DNA of 64,000 nucleotides from assembly GCF_024521635.1 (NCBI RefSeq), contig NW_026250403.1, forward strand, positions 2,604,001 through 2,668,000, written 5' to 3'. Under the pieces are notes generated by a model. It made no database searches. It was not told the origin of the DNA and saw nothing but the letters and a program-made list of their open reading frames with translations. Positions 10,690 through 23,515 of this stretch are shown one piece after another (the first letter of the stretch is position 1; each line of letters starts with the position of its first letter). A program made the position numbers and the translations under genes. This stretch comes from Tricharina praecox (lineage: Eukaryota).

Positions 10690-12123
10690 ATGCTCTCTCC
10701 CGACCTGATCCAGCGGCGGCCTTACTCTACTCTGCTTGTCGTGTTTGCTTGCTGGAAGCTCATTCTCGGCCTGATTGCCTTCACAACCCCTTCGCCAGCC
10801 TACGACACGTCCACATCGCTGCTATTACTCCAATCGAATCACGACAACGCTTCGACGTTCGGCGTCCGGTTTTTGAAAACTATTTGCGGTAGCTTAACCA
10901 GATGGGATGCTATATTCTTCGCGAAGATTGCAGAACCTGGCAGAGGGTACTGGAATGAGCAGGAGTGGGCTTTTGGATGGGGATACACTCGGGTGATTGC
11001 TGCTACTCGCAGAGGTAATCGTTCTCGGTGGTGGATCTGGCAGCTCCGTGCTGACTTTCTGAATCAGTGCTCTGCTCTTTTCTTCCCCTCGATCAGCTTG
11101 CGCATCCGTATCCCGAGATAATCAGCGCCGTGCTACTCTCGAACGCATGCCATATTGCTTCGGTATTTGTCCTCTACAAGTTGGCATTCTTATTCAGCAA
11201 ATCCCCGCAGCGCGCACACGTACTTGCCTGGGTTACTTCGGTCCTTCATATCCTATCACCTGCAGGATTGTTTTTGTCGGCCCCGTACAGCGAGAGTCTT
11301 TTCTCGTTGCTGTCTTTTACCGGTGCCTATCTCTATGCGTTGTCAATGAAGGCTGTGGGCTCGCAACAGCACATGCGCGGCAACTCGCTCACTCTCTGCA
11401 GTGCCATCGTGTTTGCCGCAGCTTCCACAGTGAGGAGCAACGGCCTACTAAACGGCATACTGTTCCTATTCGACTTTGTACCCGCGCTTCTCAGCTTCGA
11501 CTTGGTTCGTGTCGTGGTTTTGGGCGTCGGTGGAGTGTTGGTGGGTGCGGGAGTGGCACTTCCTCAGTACATCGCATGGGGAGAGTACTGTATTTCCACA
11601 CCGCCACTCAGACCGTGGTGCACGAAGCTCGTCCCCAGCATATACACCTATGTCCAAGATGTCTACTGGTACCCTCACACCGGCAGCTTGCCCTGTTCTG
11701 AGATCCATTGTCCATGATTAACATGAAAATAGGAATGTAGGCCTCTTCAGATATTGGACACTTTCCAATCTTCCTCTGTTCGTCCTTGCAGCGCCCACGC
11801 TGCTTATACTTTTTGCCTCGGGGAACTGGGTTTTACGTCAAAGTAAGCGCAACACAGACATAGTGTTTCGGCTTGCTATCTCTCAGCTCATTCTTGCCGG
11901 AATGGCGATTTTCTCCTACCACGTGCAGGTCATCACCAGACTCAGCAGCGGTAGTGCAGTGTGGTACTGGTGGGTCGCAGTCAAGTTCATTGGCGAGGGT
12001 GACACCATGATGCGAAGTTCACGATCGACGGAGTATCGCACACTGGGGTGGATCCTGCGGTGGATGGTCATGTACGGACTCATCCAGGGCGTGCTATTTG
12101 CGGCGTTCCTGCCCCCCGCGTAG
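10690..12123 (+). CDS. GPI18: GPI mannosyltransferase 2 (PIG-V)
   Basis: Three exons. Motifs LTRWDAIFF, EQEWAFG, SPAGLFLSAPYSESLF, RSNGLLNG, RPWC..PSIYTYVQDVYWNVGLFRYWTLSNLPLF, HVQVITRLSSG, FAAFLPPA*. An alternative in-frame ATG lies at 10657. Confidence 0.93.
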
Positions 12124-13103
12124 TACTGTACTGCCGCACTTTGTGGCGGTTTGATAGATAGACAAGTACGCATCTACATATGTATCTATATCAGCATTCA
12201 TCAAGCCGAAACAGAGCACAGCTACGCGTGCCATAACTACATGCATTTCGTGAATTCGTGAGTAAGTGAGACTCGGCGATTGTCAGTATATCCACCGACC
12301 ATCTAAAGTAACGATGCACATACCCGGGCACCACCATATGCCGTTGAAAACACATGCACTTTAAATGAAGCGTTCGGGAGTCGTGTCGTTCGTATCCGCC
12401 GGATATCCGCTTGATCCACGGAGTACATTGAATGTAGAGGGCGAAAGCACTATTCTACCGACTTCTGCACTTTGCCCTCTGACCTCTGCGTTTTGCACTC
12501 AACACTTACCATCTGCGTAGAACGTGCGCTATGTGTAGCGTATGTTCTGTTAACACTGTGTTCAAAGGTATTTATTGCTCGCTGCGAAGATTGTTTGGGT
12601 TGGTTGTTTGTCGACTGCGCAAAACTCTTGGCGGGGCAGCCGTGGTTCAAGCAGCACAGCTTCCCCACTGTATTACGCGCAGGTACCAACCTGCTTGTAC
12701 CTCACCTCACCCAGTCTGACCTCAACAGTCCCTCCCTTCTCCATCCTCCACAACTCCCATCATCAACTCTTTCATCGACAGAGCGGATAGGAATTATCCT
12801 CAGCCTACTGGACCTGCTGCCCAACCGACCAGTTTTCCGTTTAACCGCTTCGGACGAGTACCCGCCACAGTCGCTGCAGATCCAGCTCGAGCGCGGTTGG
12901 GTGTTAGCTGGCGCGCTGCTCGTTAGAAACGTCATAGGTGCGTCCACCGAACTCATACGCTCTAGGAGAACCTCCGTCCAAATAGCTGATTACTCCTTGT
13001 GATTGGATACTTTAAGTTCAGATTCCGCCGACCTTGGATAGCTCTCCGAACCCTCCCCCCACCACCCCCCACCACAAAGTTGACTCCCACCCTTCGATCC
13101 ACC

Positions 13104-16100
13104 ATGAGCAAGCTACCAGATTTCTTAGTCGCCCATCTCGGCGTCAACGGGAACGACCAAGCTGGCTCTGGCGCCACGAGTCCGGGCGCCGAGTGGCGAG
13201 ATGACGAAGATGACCAGCAGTCACGTTACAGACCACGGACATACAAATACCTTGAGACCCTTCCCTACGAGGTTGAAGATGAAGCGGAACGCCAAGGCCA
13301 TCTGAATGAAATCGTCCGGAACCTCTACATTGCCATAGAAGCCCGGGATTTCTCGCCAGGCGCAGTACGCTGGTCGAGGGAGCTTCGCAGCTGGTTGGCA
13401 CTGAAATATGATCCTCCCCGTAAGACGCGAGCAAAGCTCGTGAAACTCTACTATGAGCTTGCTATGGCACCAGGACTGGATCCCGCAGTTTCCGAGAGAT
13501 TCGCAAGCATGTTCATGACAATGACAAAGTATATTTCCAATTCCTTTCCTGCTTTTTCGTGCTGTCGATTTTGCCACTCTCCCACTACCATGGAAAGTGA
13601 TTGCAAGCGGTCATTTGTTTATAATAAAAAAAGAATGCTAAGAGGTTCAAAGGCGGAAACACTACTTGCGTCCAGGGAATGACTTGACTCTGGATTGGAA
13701 ACAGCTCTACAAAGAGCTCAAGGTCTTCGTGCTGCCCCAAGAATCGGGATACGTTCATTCCACGGTTGTGAAGAGGAATGTGCGCATCCTGACGAGGATG
13801 TGCGCATTTGCGCAATTCTACTTCGATCCCGACGGACTCACGGAGATGTTTGAAGAATTCATGCCCTATGTGAGCAAGATGCTGTCTCCCGAGATGTGAC
13901 TTTTCCAGTTCTGATGTGTCTCAAAAGTTCACCACCTCAAACATAGAGGGTGCCTTCGTAGTGGTTGGTTTGCTCAATCTCCTCATGCCAACGAGGCCTC
14001 CCCCGCCAGAGAGTCCAAAGCTTCAGCCTGCGCAGTACCTCCCTAGTCAGAACTCCAGCTTCCTCCAAGTCGTACGGGTGACTGATATGTCTTACAGCAT
14101 TGTTTGGCCTCTGGTCATTGGTAAATCGGTCGAGGACGTTCGATATCAACTTTTTGGATCTGTTTTCTCGGTTGGCTCGAGATATGCTTCCGGCGAACCA
14201 CATCCCTTTCAGTCAACACGGTATATTCACGAAAGAACAGTCGGCTCTGATCTTCACCGCGATCTTACGACTCCTCGAGATTCCCGTTGGCCAATCAACA
14301 TCTCCCTACAGCCATAATGTTGATGCGGGCATCGGATTGGCGATTGCTCTAGAACGAGACCACCGGAAGAGCCCGATAGCATACCACATCGCTAGATGGG
14401 TTGTGATGTCGCTTTCTCCACAGTGCCTCAACCAGGAGGATAGCATTCTGTCCCACCTCGAAGGCTTGATACAGGCGGTAGAGACGTTCTTCCATCCATC
14501 AAATTCAGGCGCATGGACGAAGACACTCTCACAGCTTGTTTACTACCTGGCCGACTTTTTTGTGATGCGATGGAACCGGGAGAATAGCGGAGAAATGAAA
14601 ATGCCCGCCGACAGAAAGCTGACCCCCGAATTAAAGGATCGATTTGTCCTATGCCTGAGAGAGGTCACGTTCATGGGCATTTACGCGAAGAGCAGCGCCG
14701 CTATGAATTTCTCCCTTTCCGCTCTTCAGAATCTCTCTTACCTGCAGCCGAAATTGATCTTGCCTGGTGCGTTACAGCGGATCTATCCCTCTATGCAGGG
14801 CTTGGTTGAGGTCCACCGTACAACTTCCTCATTGCGGTCGCTCCAAGTGTTAGCCCGCACTTTGGTAACTACGAGGGGGTTCCGCTGTCACGTTACCAGT
14901 TTATTAGGACTAGCGCTTCCGGGAATTGACGCCAACGATCTAGACAAGACTCTCCATACTCTAGCGTTCGTTCAAGCATTGTCGTACTGCATTCCATTGC
15001 ACGATCTGACCCAGGAACACGACGGTTCCGGATTGGGCAGCCATCTTGCAATGGAGTGGGTGAGCGCTGAGGTCGACCGACTGGAACGTGAGGGGACCGA
15101 TGTTCATATCGACTACGATATTGAACTGACCGACGAGTATGAAGAGGCTGTACTCAGGTCGTCAACTTCGGCATTCTCGGAATTCCTCATCTCCTTCCTA
15201 GGCCGTATCTTTACTCTCCTTGAAAACCTCCCGGACAGCAACCGTGTTAGAAGCGGATCACCGGAGGAGCATGTGATGAACACTCTACCCGCGGCATTGA
15301 CTCCACTGTTTGCTGCTCTCTCGCCAGAGCTATTCGATATCGCGCTGCAGAAGGTCGTCGACTTTGTGGGAAACCATGTCATTCACCAAGCTCGTGATCC
15401 TATGGCTTTCATCTGCAATGCACTGGCGAAAGTGAATCCAGAAAAGGCGCTGAAAATGCTGATCCCGGTTTTGGTCCGCAACATCCGTACCGAGATTGAT
15501 GAGAACAATGCGGCGTCCACCCGCAACACCGGAACCGATGTCCTTCCACGGGATCGAGGGCTTGTATGGAGCATCAGTATTCTCAGTATGTCTATAGTCC
15601 ATGTGGGAGACGCAATCCTCAAACATCAGAAGGATCTGTTCGATATTGCCATGTATATGCAGCAAAAGTGCAAAGGGAATCCGACCATCCATGTGTCGAA
15701 CTTCATCCACCATCTGCTTCTCAATCTCACGGTCACATATACATCGGACTATGATCTCGTCCAGTCGAAATCTGACGGCACTCCGCTGGGAATCGAGGCA
15801 TGGGGCATTCTGGAGGACTGCAAGGACCTCACGGTCAAGTGGCATGTTCCCTCGAGGGCGGAGATCGATTTCGCGGTGAAGCTGTTTTGCTCACAAGCGG
15901 AGGGTGCGGTACAAGCACTCCTATCATTGACATCCGATGATTCCGGCGTCAAGAGGGACGGCATCGGCAAGGAGTGGTCCGACGAGGTTTCGAGGAATCT
16001 AGTACTTCTCCGGCTCGCGATATCGGGTGTCTCGGTTTTGTTCGATCCACGATACATTCCCGGTGGTAAGCTGGCGGTAAGAGAGAAGCGTGGCGAGGAT

Positions 16101-19100
16101 CAAGACACCGAAATGAAGGATGATACCGACGGTGATGGTGATGCGGATATCGAGGTTGAGGCACAGGATGATGAACCCAAGACAACCCATCGCTATCCGG
16201 CTGGCTACTCCTTTGACGATACCCACGATCCGTTGTATATCGCCATTCACGAACTGCGTGACCGTATTGGCAACTCGCTTCATCAAGTCCACAAATTTTT
16301 AACTTCGAAGCAGGAGGACGATGTGGCATGTTTCAACGCGTTATACACCGTAAGTCTCCCGGGCTTCCAGTTCCTTCATTCGCACTAACAAATTATAGAC
16401 CTACCGTGCTTGGTTCATTGATGTCGGAATCGAAAGATCAGCCCATATAGTTGACAGGGTTACAAGATTGCTGGTCGCCGACATCACAACCTTCAAAGTT
16501 AGCGGTCTCCACAAATGTTACCCTCGACCAATGCTACTACGCAGATCACATTTATACCACCTACAGCGACTGAGGCACAACTGTGGTCCTCGACCGCAGT
16601 CCGAGTTGGACAAACAGTTGTTGCTTGATCTGGCAGAGTCATGCGTGTCCCTCTACACGGACATCAGGAGACATGCTCAGAGTGCGGGTGAATCTGCGAC
16701 GAAGGTCATCGTTGGTGCTAGACCGCTAGTAATCCCGCCTCTCCTCAAGGCCTTCGAAGAGGCAGTCAAGACCAGCGACTTCAAACGAATGAAAGGAGCC
16801 ATGTACACTTTACTTTATGGAAGCTTGGCAAAAACAGCTGGAAGAGACTGGCACTTTGCGCCGTCGTTGATACGATCCTTCATCTCCGCGAGCACCGCCG
16901 ACAAGCCTTCCATCCAGAAACTTGCTACAGGCATAGTCTATCATATAATGGACTACGGTCGTCCAGTGGAACGTATGGTCATTCTGAACGACATGCGGGT
17001 GCGGAGTATTGCTCCCAATGAAGACCTTTTAGGTCTCATTGCCAACAAGCGGGAAAAGCTTCAGAAAAAGAGAAATTTTATTGAGCGCAAGAAGGCGGAG
17101 CTCGCATTGGAGCTGGTTGAACTAGCCAAAAACTCGCATTGGAAAACAGCTTCACGAATTGTCACTGTCATTGTCAGCTTGGGTCTGAGATTCACAACAA
17201 TTGCTCCCCAAAGTTTGCTCGAGTTGGCTACTGTTGGAACGGTAGATTCGCATCCCGGACTCCGGGGTCTGTACTCTGGTGCACTGGTAGCGGTAAGAAA
17301 TTTCTCACTCGCTTTCAATGGTGCTATCATGCTAATAAGGTTTCTAGCTGTTCTGCCTCATCGAGTTACGAGCCATATGTTCTCATGACATGAAGAATCT
17401 TCTCATGGAGAATTTCCATCTTCCGCAGAAAATCTCGGTTCTGACGAAGCGAGAAGACCCCAACTGGACGAAGGAGTTCCTCTCAGCCTTTTCCGAGCCC
17501 GAAGCGGAGTACTTCGTGGATCACGACTACCCGGGGTGGCTTGTTTGGGGCAAGGACTTCCCTGCGTACAAGATTGACCCACAGGAAGATTTACAATACG
17601 ACGAAGTGGAAGAGAGCGCCAGGAGAGCCATCGGAACGCATTTAACTCGCGCATGGTTCAAGACTTTCTTCGGATATCTCAAGCAAGAGCCTCGAGACGG
17701 AGTCCCGGATCGCTTCAGAATGGCGGGTTCGATGCTACTGCAGTATGCATTCAACCTTGTGAGGGAGGGAGTCGCGGAGGCTACCTTGGACGACATCAAG
17801 GAAGAGATTGTGGATGTTCTGGGCGATGGCAGCGACAAGCACATGCATCGCGCAACTGCAGAGATCTTGGGTGCCTTGGTCTCGTCGTATAGGGACTCGA
17901 CATTGACCAATAGAACAATGATGTGGGATTATGTTTTCCCAATAGTGAAGACGATATTCGAAGAGGGGTTGACTCCAGAGAACGCTTCGTACTGGATATC
18001 GTTCTTGCATTTAATTCTGGTATGTTTTCTCCGTGGGTGTGTTGATACTGGGGCCTTTGTTGACGTGAATCACAGCAAGGAAGAGATCCGAGACGGTCAT
18101 GGCCTATCGTGGAATGGCTGACTTCTTTCCGGCTGGACATGGGTTCCAACGCTGCTTTCAAGGAGAGCTCCAAGATACAGTTGCTGCAGCAGTCCATCGT
18201 GGAAGCTGGTTGGCATTTCCAGAGCGAAGGACCTATCCTAGAGGACTTCCTAAAGCACCTTGACCACCCCTACAAAGGTAAGAATTGGCCCATCTCCGTC
18301 GAGTAGAGTAATGAAGTTAATTTTTTTTGTTTGTCTAGGGGTTCGTGAAGCCATGGGAGGAACCCTTGGAATGATCTATCGCAATAGGCATCACATTTCG
18401 TATGCCAGCGTAGAGGAGTTGATGGAGGCGCAAGCCAAAGCCTCCTCTGTTGGGACCGCCCCCTACCAACCGACCGCAGAATTCGCGGCGACGATAGAGG
18501 ACGTGTTCAACCGCCTCAAGAAGTGGCGCCATGAGCGGCCTCCAGGAACGCAGGGACCTACGTCGTATACTTCCGCCAGCAAAACGGTGCTCTTGTGGCT
18601 CGAAACAACGCTGTCGTCGCACGAGTGCACGCAGCTAATCCCATTCTTCCCCAACCTCTTCATTCCCGAGATGCTCCACATGATGGACATCAAGGAGGAC
18701 CCAGAATTAATGTCGCTAGCCTATCATGTTTTTCGACACCTACCCAACGTTCCGCATGCTGTGAATCAGGACCACGAATTCATCACCTCGCTCGTCAACA
18801 TCGGCACCACATCGACGCTATGGCACCAACGGCTGCGTGTACTCATCAACATGCAAGTGATCTACTTCCGTCGGCTCTTCCTAATCTCCCGCGAAGAACA
18901 AGAGCGCATCTTCACCTCCGTCTCCAACATGCTCGAAGATTCGCAGCTTGAAGTTCGTCTCGGTGCCGCCGCCACTCTGTCAGGAATGATTCGCTGCTCA
19001 CCTGTCCGCCTCCGCGAAGGAATCCTACAAGAACTCAAATCCAAGTTCACCACCATGTTGGTTCAGAACCCGCTGCCCAGACGTGCGGGAGCAGGTACAC

Positions 19101-19456
19101 CTACGCCGGATTACAATAGAATCGTGTTGATCCGTCACGCGGCTGTGCTCGGTCTTGGTGCCCTCGTCCAGGCGTTCCCATACACCTCGCCACCGCCTAG
19201 TTGGTTGCCTGAGGTGCTAGCTACGCTTGCCTCCCGTGCGGCTGGAGATCCAGGTGCGGTAGGTAAGAGTGTCAAGACTGCTCTGGGAGAGTTCAAGAAG
19301 ACGAGACAGGATACTTGGCATGTGGATGTTAAGGTGAGTCGTTTCCCACTGGGTTCCCCTGATGATGCAGTTTGCTAACGAAATTATCCACAGGCCTTCA
19401 GCAGCGATCAATTGGAGGACCTCGAGGGTGTTCTTTGGAAGAGTTATTTTGCTTAG
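13104..19456 (+). CDS. BLM10: Proteasome activator Blm10/PA200
   Basis: Nine exons joined through canonical introns. Motifs ETFFHPSNSGAWT, ALPGIDANDLDKT, KWHVPS, EFKKTRQDTWHVD, and the C-terminal LEGVLWKSYFA* proteasome-docking tail. Confidence 0.95.
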
Positions 19457-19979
19457 AGGACTGTAGTTTAGAGATCGGGCCCGAGGAATATGATGAGTGA
19501 TGATGCGCATGCTTTTACTCTCTTATTTTTTTTTATCTTTTGTTTGGCTAATTTGTGGGAGGGAACGGAGTGAGTACTGCTTTGCTTGGATGCTCTCATC
19601 CTGATAATAGAGATCTACTTGCTATGCTTCTTTTTTTCTTTCTTTTGTCATAATGCATTGAATCCAAATATCTAGATCATGGCATATCTACACGCTGTTG
19701 CTGTACTCGTTCACGGTAGAGTGTCCCGAATTCTTCGTGCAACTCGTGTGAGCACCCATGAACCCAATTCCGCACCACCCAAACAGGGCAAAGCGCACTT
19801 CCCACCCGGCACGCATCCATGCATGCGGCTCCACTAGTTACTCGTTAGCACCAGGCGCGTGTAACCACTCACGACGTCCGACACGAGCTTTCCTACTTTC
19901 CTACCTACACATCCGCCTCCCATTCCCACCAAGTTCCAACAACCACACACCCCCCTCCTAGAAACACGACACAACCACA

Positions 19980-21518
19980 ATGCCGCCCAAACGCATGACT
20001 GCGAACCCCGTGCGGCCTGCACGGTACCGCCCAGGCAAGCCTCTCGCCGCCGCCGCCTCCGAATCCGAATCCTCTGACGAGTCCGGCTCCGAAGAAGACT
20101 CCGGCGGCGAAAGCGACTCTCCGCCGCCGGCCGCAGCGCTGCCGAAGCCAGTGTTTAAAAAGAAGGTCGCCGCTGCGCCGGCACTGAAGGATGTGGATCT
20201 CGACAAGCGCTTTGATGAGGGCAAGAAGAAGGAGGAGATGCGGCTGAAGAGGGAGGAGGACGAGAGGAAGCGGAAGGAGCTAGAGGGCAGCGCCGATGAG
20301 TATACTACTGAGGAGTCTTCTGACGAGGAGGAGTCCGATGAGGAGGAGGAGGAGGCGGCGGCGGAGGAGGAGGCGGAGGAGGCGCCACGGAAGGTGTTCC
20401 AGCGGCCGACGTTTGTGCCGAAGTCGCAGCGGGGGGAGAGGGTGGAGCGAGTAGTGAAGGCGGAGGACGAGGAGGAGAAGGCGCGGCAGCGACTCGAGGC
20501 CGAGGAGCTGCTAGAGCTGCACCTCAAGCGCGATGCCGCAGCCAAGGCTGCCGGCCGCAAGGGCTGGGACGACGACGAGGACCCCGACGGCCTAGCCCTC
20601 GACGACACCGACGGCACCGACCCCTTCACTGAGCGCGCGGCGTGGAAGCTCCGCGAGCTGACGCGTATCAAGCGCGAGCGCGAGGCGTTCGCCGCGATCG
20701 AGGCGGAGCGCGCGGAGATCGAGCGGCGGCGAGAGATGGATCCGGCCCTGAGGGATAAGGAGGACCGCGAGTTTGTGCGTGACCAGCGGAAGGAGAAGAT
20801 GGAGTCGCAGGGGAAGATGGGGTTCATGCAGAAGTTCTATCACAAGGGTGCGTTCTTTCAGGATGCGGATGTCCCCAAGAGGAATTATGCTACGGCGGAG
20901 GTCGAGGATCGTGTCAAGAACAGGGAGGTGCTGCCGAAGTACCTTCAAGTGCGCGGCGATGAGGTCGGAAAGAGAGGGCGTACACGGTGGACGCATCTGG
21001 CGGCCGAGGATACGAGTATGCAGGCCGGGGGCAGTCCGTGGTTTGATAAGAAGGGCGGGTTTCCCGGCGGGGGTGAACGAGGTGGCGGGTTCGCTGGCGG
21101 TACGGGCGTCAATAGCGTTCCGGTTGCGGCGGGAGTGGATGAGAGGTTCAGAGCAGACAGTAACGGGGGCCGGGCGCCGGACGGGAGAGAACGGGGGGAG
21201 AGGAGTGGCAGGGACCGGGACGAGAGGACGGGTGAGCGAACCAGTAGATGGGACGACCGTGAACGCGATCACAAGCCGCGCGACCACGGCGACCGAGATC
21301 GAGACCGCGACCGCGACCAGAAACCGCGCAGCAGATGGGACGACGACGGAGGTCGCGGCAACAGCAGACCGGAACGGCGCGGAGGCGGCGGAGGCGGAGA
21401 TTCCTATATCCCCGGTGGTCGAGATGGCGATTGCGATCGGGATCGGAAGAGACCACACTCACCGCCCCGAGGAGGAGACAAGGAGAAGCGGAGGAGGCGA
21501 GATGCATCACCTGTTTAG
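19980..21518 (+). CDS. MFAP1: Microfibrillar-associated protein 1 (MFAP1/Spp381-like spliceosomal B-complex protein)
   Basis: Single 512-aa ORF with RMTANPVRPARYRPGK, DDTDGTDP..ERAAWKLRELTRIKRERE, FMQKFYHKGAFFQD and GKRGRTRWTHL..EDT, followed by an RD/G-rich tail. Confidence 0.92.
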   Translation: MPPKRMTANPVRPARYRPGKPLAAAASESESSDESGSEEDSGGESDSPPPAAALPKPVFKKKVAAAPALKDVDLDKRFDEGKKKEEMRLKREEDERKRKELEGSADEYTTEESSDEEESDEEEEEAAAEEEAEEAPRKVFQRPTFVPKSQRGERVERVVKAEDEEEKARQRLEAEELLELHLKRDAAAKAAGRKGWDDDEDPDGLALDDTDGTDPFTERAAWKLRELTRIKREREAFAAIEAERAEIERRREMDPALRDKEDREFVRDQRKEKMESQGKMGFMQKFYHKGAFFQDADVPKRNYATAEVEDRVKNREVLPKYLQVRGDEVGKRGRTRWTHLAAEDTSMQAGGSPWFDKKGGFPGGGERGGGFAGGTGVNSVPVAAGVDERFRADSNGGRAPDGRERGERSGRDRDERTGERTSRWDDRERDHKPRDHGDRDRDRDRDQKPRSRWDDDGGRGNSRPERRGGGGGGDSYIPGGRDGDCDRDRKRPHSPPRGGDKEKRRRRDASPV

Positions 21519-23515
21519 TTTAACTCTCATAATTCATTTCACGATCGCTTTGTGTATATTACTAGTTGGAATGACAGCGTGCGAGCGATACTCCGAAGCA
21601 CAGGAAAGCACTCGTTTCTTACACATGCTCATGCTCACACTACCCCACCCCATTCCACCCCATTCTGCACGTCGTCCCGCATCGTATGCACACATGCACC
21701 GTCGCATCGGCAGTTCCAGAGTTCCAGGCCGGCCAGAATCAGCAAGTCCAAGTAGTTATCGGCATCCGCCCCCTTCTCGGTAGATCATGGATCATACTCT
21801 AGATGGGCGGAGGGCGGAGGGCGGAGGGGCGGAGGAAGTCGAATCCCGAGCCCGAGAATCCGAGATATCTCCGGCGTCCGCCTTTCTACTCTACCTGCGC
21901 TACTAGAACTTCCGGCTATGCATATTTAAGGACTTATCCACGCGCCCAAACCCCCTGCTCGATGAGTGGGCGGCGATTCTCGGTCTCGATGAGGATCCGG
22001 TCCCCCCGCCCCGCCATGTGCACGCACGGACAAAAAAAAAGGCGAAAGAAAAAGAAAAATTTGAAGAAGAAGGGGAGTGGCGTGATGTCCATGTGGATGT
22101 CGCTGTCTACCAGATATGTTACGAATACGGTACGTCATTGCGTGTATGATAGAGGGATGAATAGATGGATAGGTAGAGATGGATGGATAGACGTCCGACT
22201 TTCAAATGTCAACCTGATCCTACTTCCAGGTACCTGGGTACCTCTCTCTCTCTCTCTCTCCCGAATACGCATACGCATACGGTGCGCACACGGTACATAC
22301 AGTAGATACGCACACGGTACATACTTCAAACCCCCGTAAAGAAACCCGCAAAACCGCAAAACCCCGTAATACGCAAACACAAACGCACACGCACACGCAC
22401 ACGAATACGCGAATCAAAACGGGCCAAAAGTTCAAAACGAGTCATACTCTACCCATACCGTATATAGAGTACCCTGTCCCTACGGTACGTACGGTATGTA
22501 GAATAGAGTAGGTTCGGATAGATTATCGCCCCCCCTCGTGCCCCCCTCCCCCCTCCCCTTCGGGTCGCAGACTCGCAGGCGGAGCGGGACAATCATCGCC
22601 GCTTCCAGGTCCAGAAGATAGAAGACAGAAGACAGGTGCATACTCACTGCTCCTGCTCAGTGTGACATGTGTGTGTAGGATAGGTAATAGAATTGCACTT
22701 GCACTTGCAGATAATCTATTCAAGCTCTACTCACACGGCCAGAAATTTTGGGGGCCCCCCCCTGCACAGTTTATTATCTGAGATTAGATCTGTTAACAAA
22801 TCCTGTGGCGGAGCCACACACAACCAGAGATCTAATCTCAATTTAAGCACAAGCTCGAGCCCAAAGCTCTCTTGGTATATGGTATATGGAATGGTATATG
22901 AACAAAAGTGGAGATAACGACCGCCGAAAAGAAAAGAAAACACCACCAGAAAAGACCCACCAAAAAGAAAAAAGAAAGAAGAAAAAAAGTCGACAGACTT
23001 CCAGTACTTGGTATAGTAAATCCAAATCCAAAAAGCAAAAAATGTGGTAGCAGTGGTGATGGTGGTAGCGGTGGTGCAGTGACGGATCCAGAAAGAGCAA
23101 GAAGAACGAAAAGAAGCGTCATGTGCTTCGAGGCAAGACATGCTCTGTTGCAGTATTGCCGAGAGAAGAGAGCGGGAACACAAAAAGGTACATACAAAAC
23201 AAGCAAACGGAAAGATCAACCCATCTATGATACATCGAGAGAGAGAAAAAAACACAGTCCAAAAATGAAGAGCGCGAGCCGGGCGCAAAGTTGAAGGCGC
23301 ACTGTCGTAGGTAACGGAAAGAGAAAAAAAAACAACCCCAAAAAGAACTCCATACCGCCTCCCGCCCCAACAAAAGGAAAAGAAAACAGAAGAGAGAAAA
23401 GAAGAGTAGAAATCCCCAGAAACCCCAAACCCGCGGCCAAAGCTTTTTTTTATGGTCGTAAAGTCGTTAAGAATGAAAGTACAATAATCAACAATGCTGG
23501 TCTAGTTGCAGGCGA

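Noticed and set aside
12472..13002. 176-aa ORF between GPI18 and BLM10
   Set aside because: Non-ATG start, no motifs, and it lies in the BLM10 promoter/leader.
13570..13578. PACE/Rpn4-like AGTGGCAAA (minus strand) in BLM10 intron 1
   Set aside because: A single variant 9-mer in an intron is compatible with chance, and Rpn4 specificity in this lineage is uncertain.
20592..21783. Long overlapping ORFs (288 aa minus strand, 336 aa alternative plus frame) over MFAP1
   Set aside because: Expected by-products of GC-rich, repetitive coding sequence.
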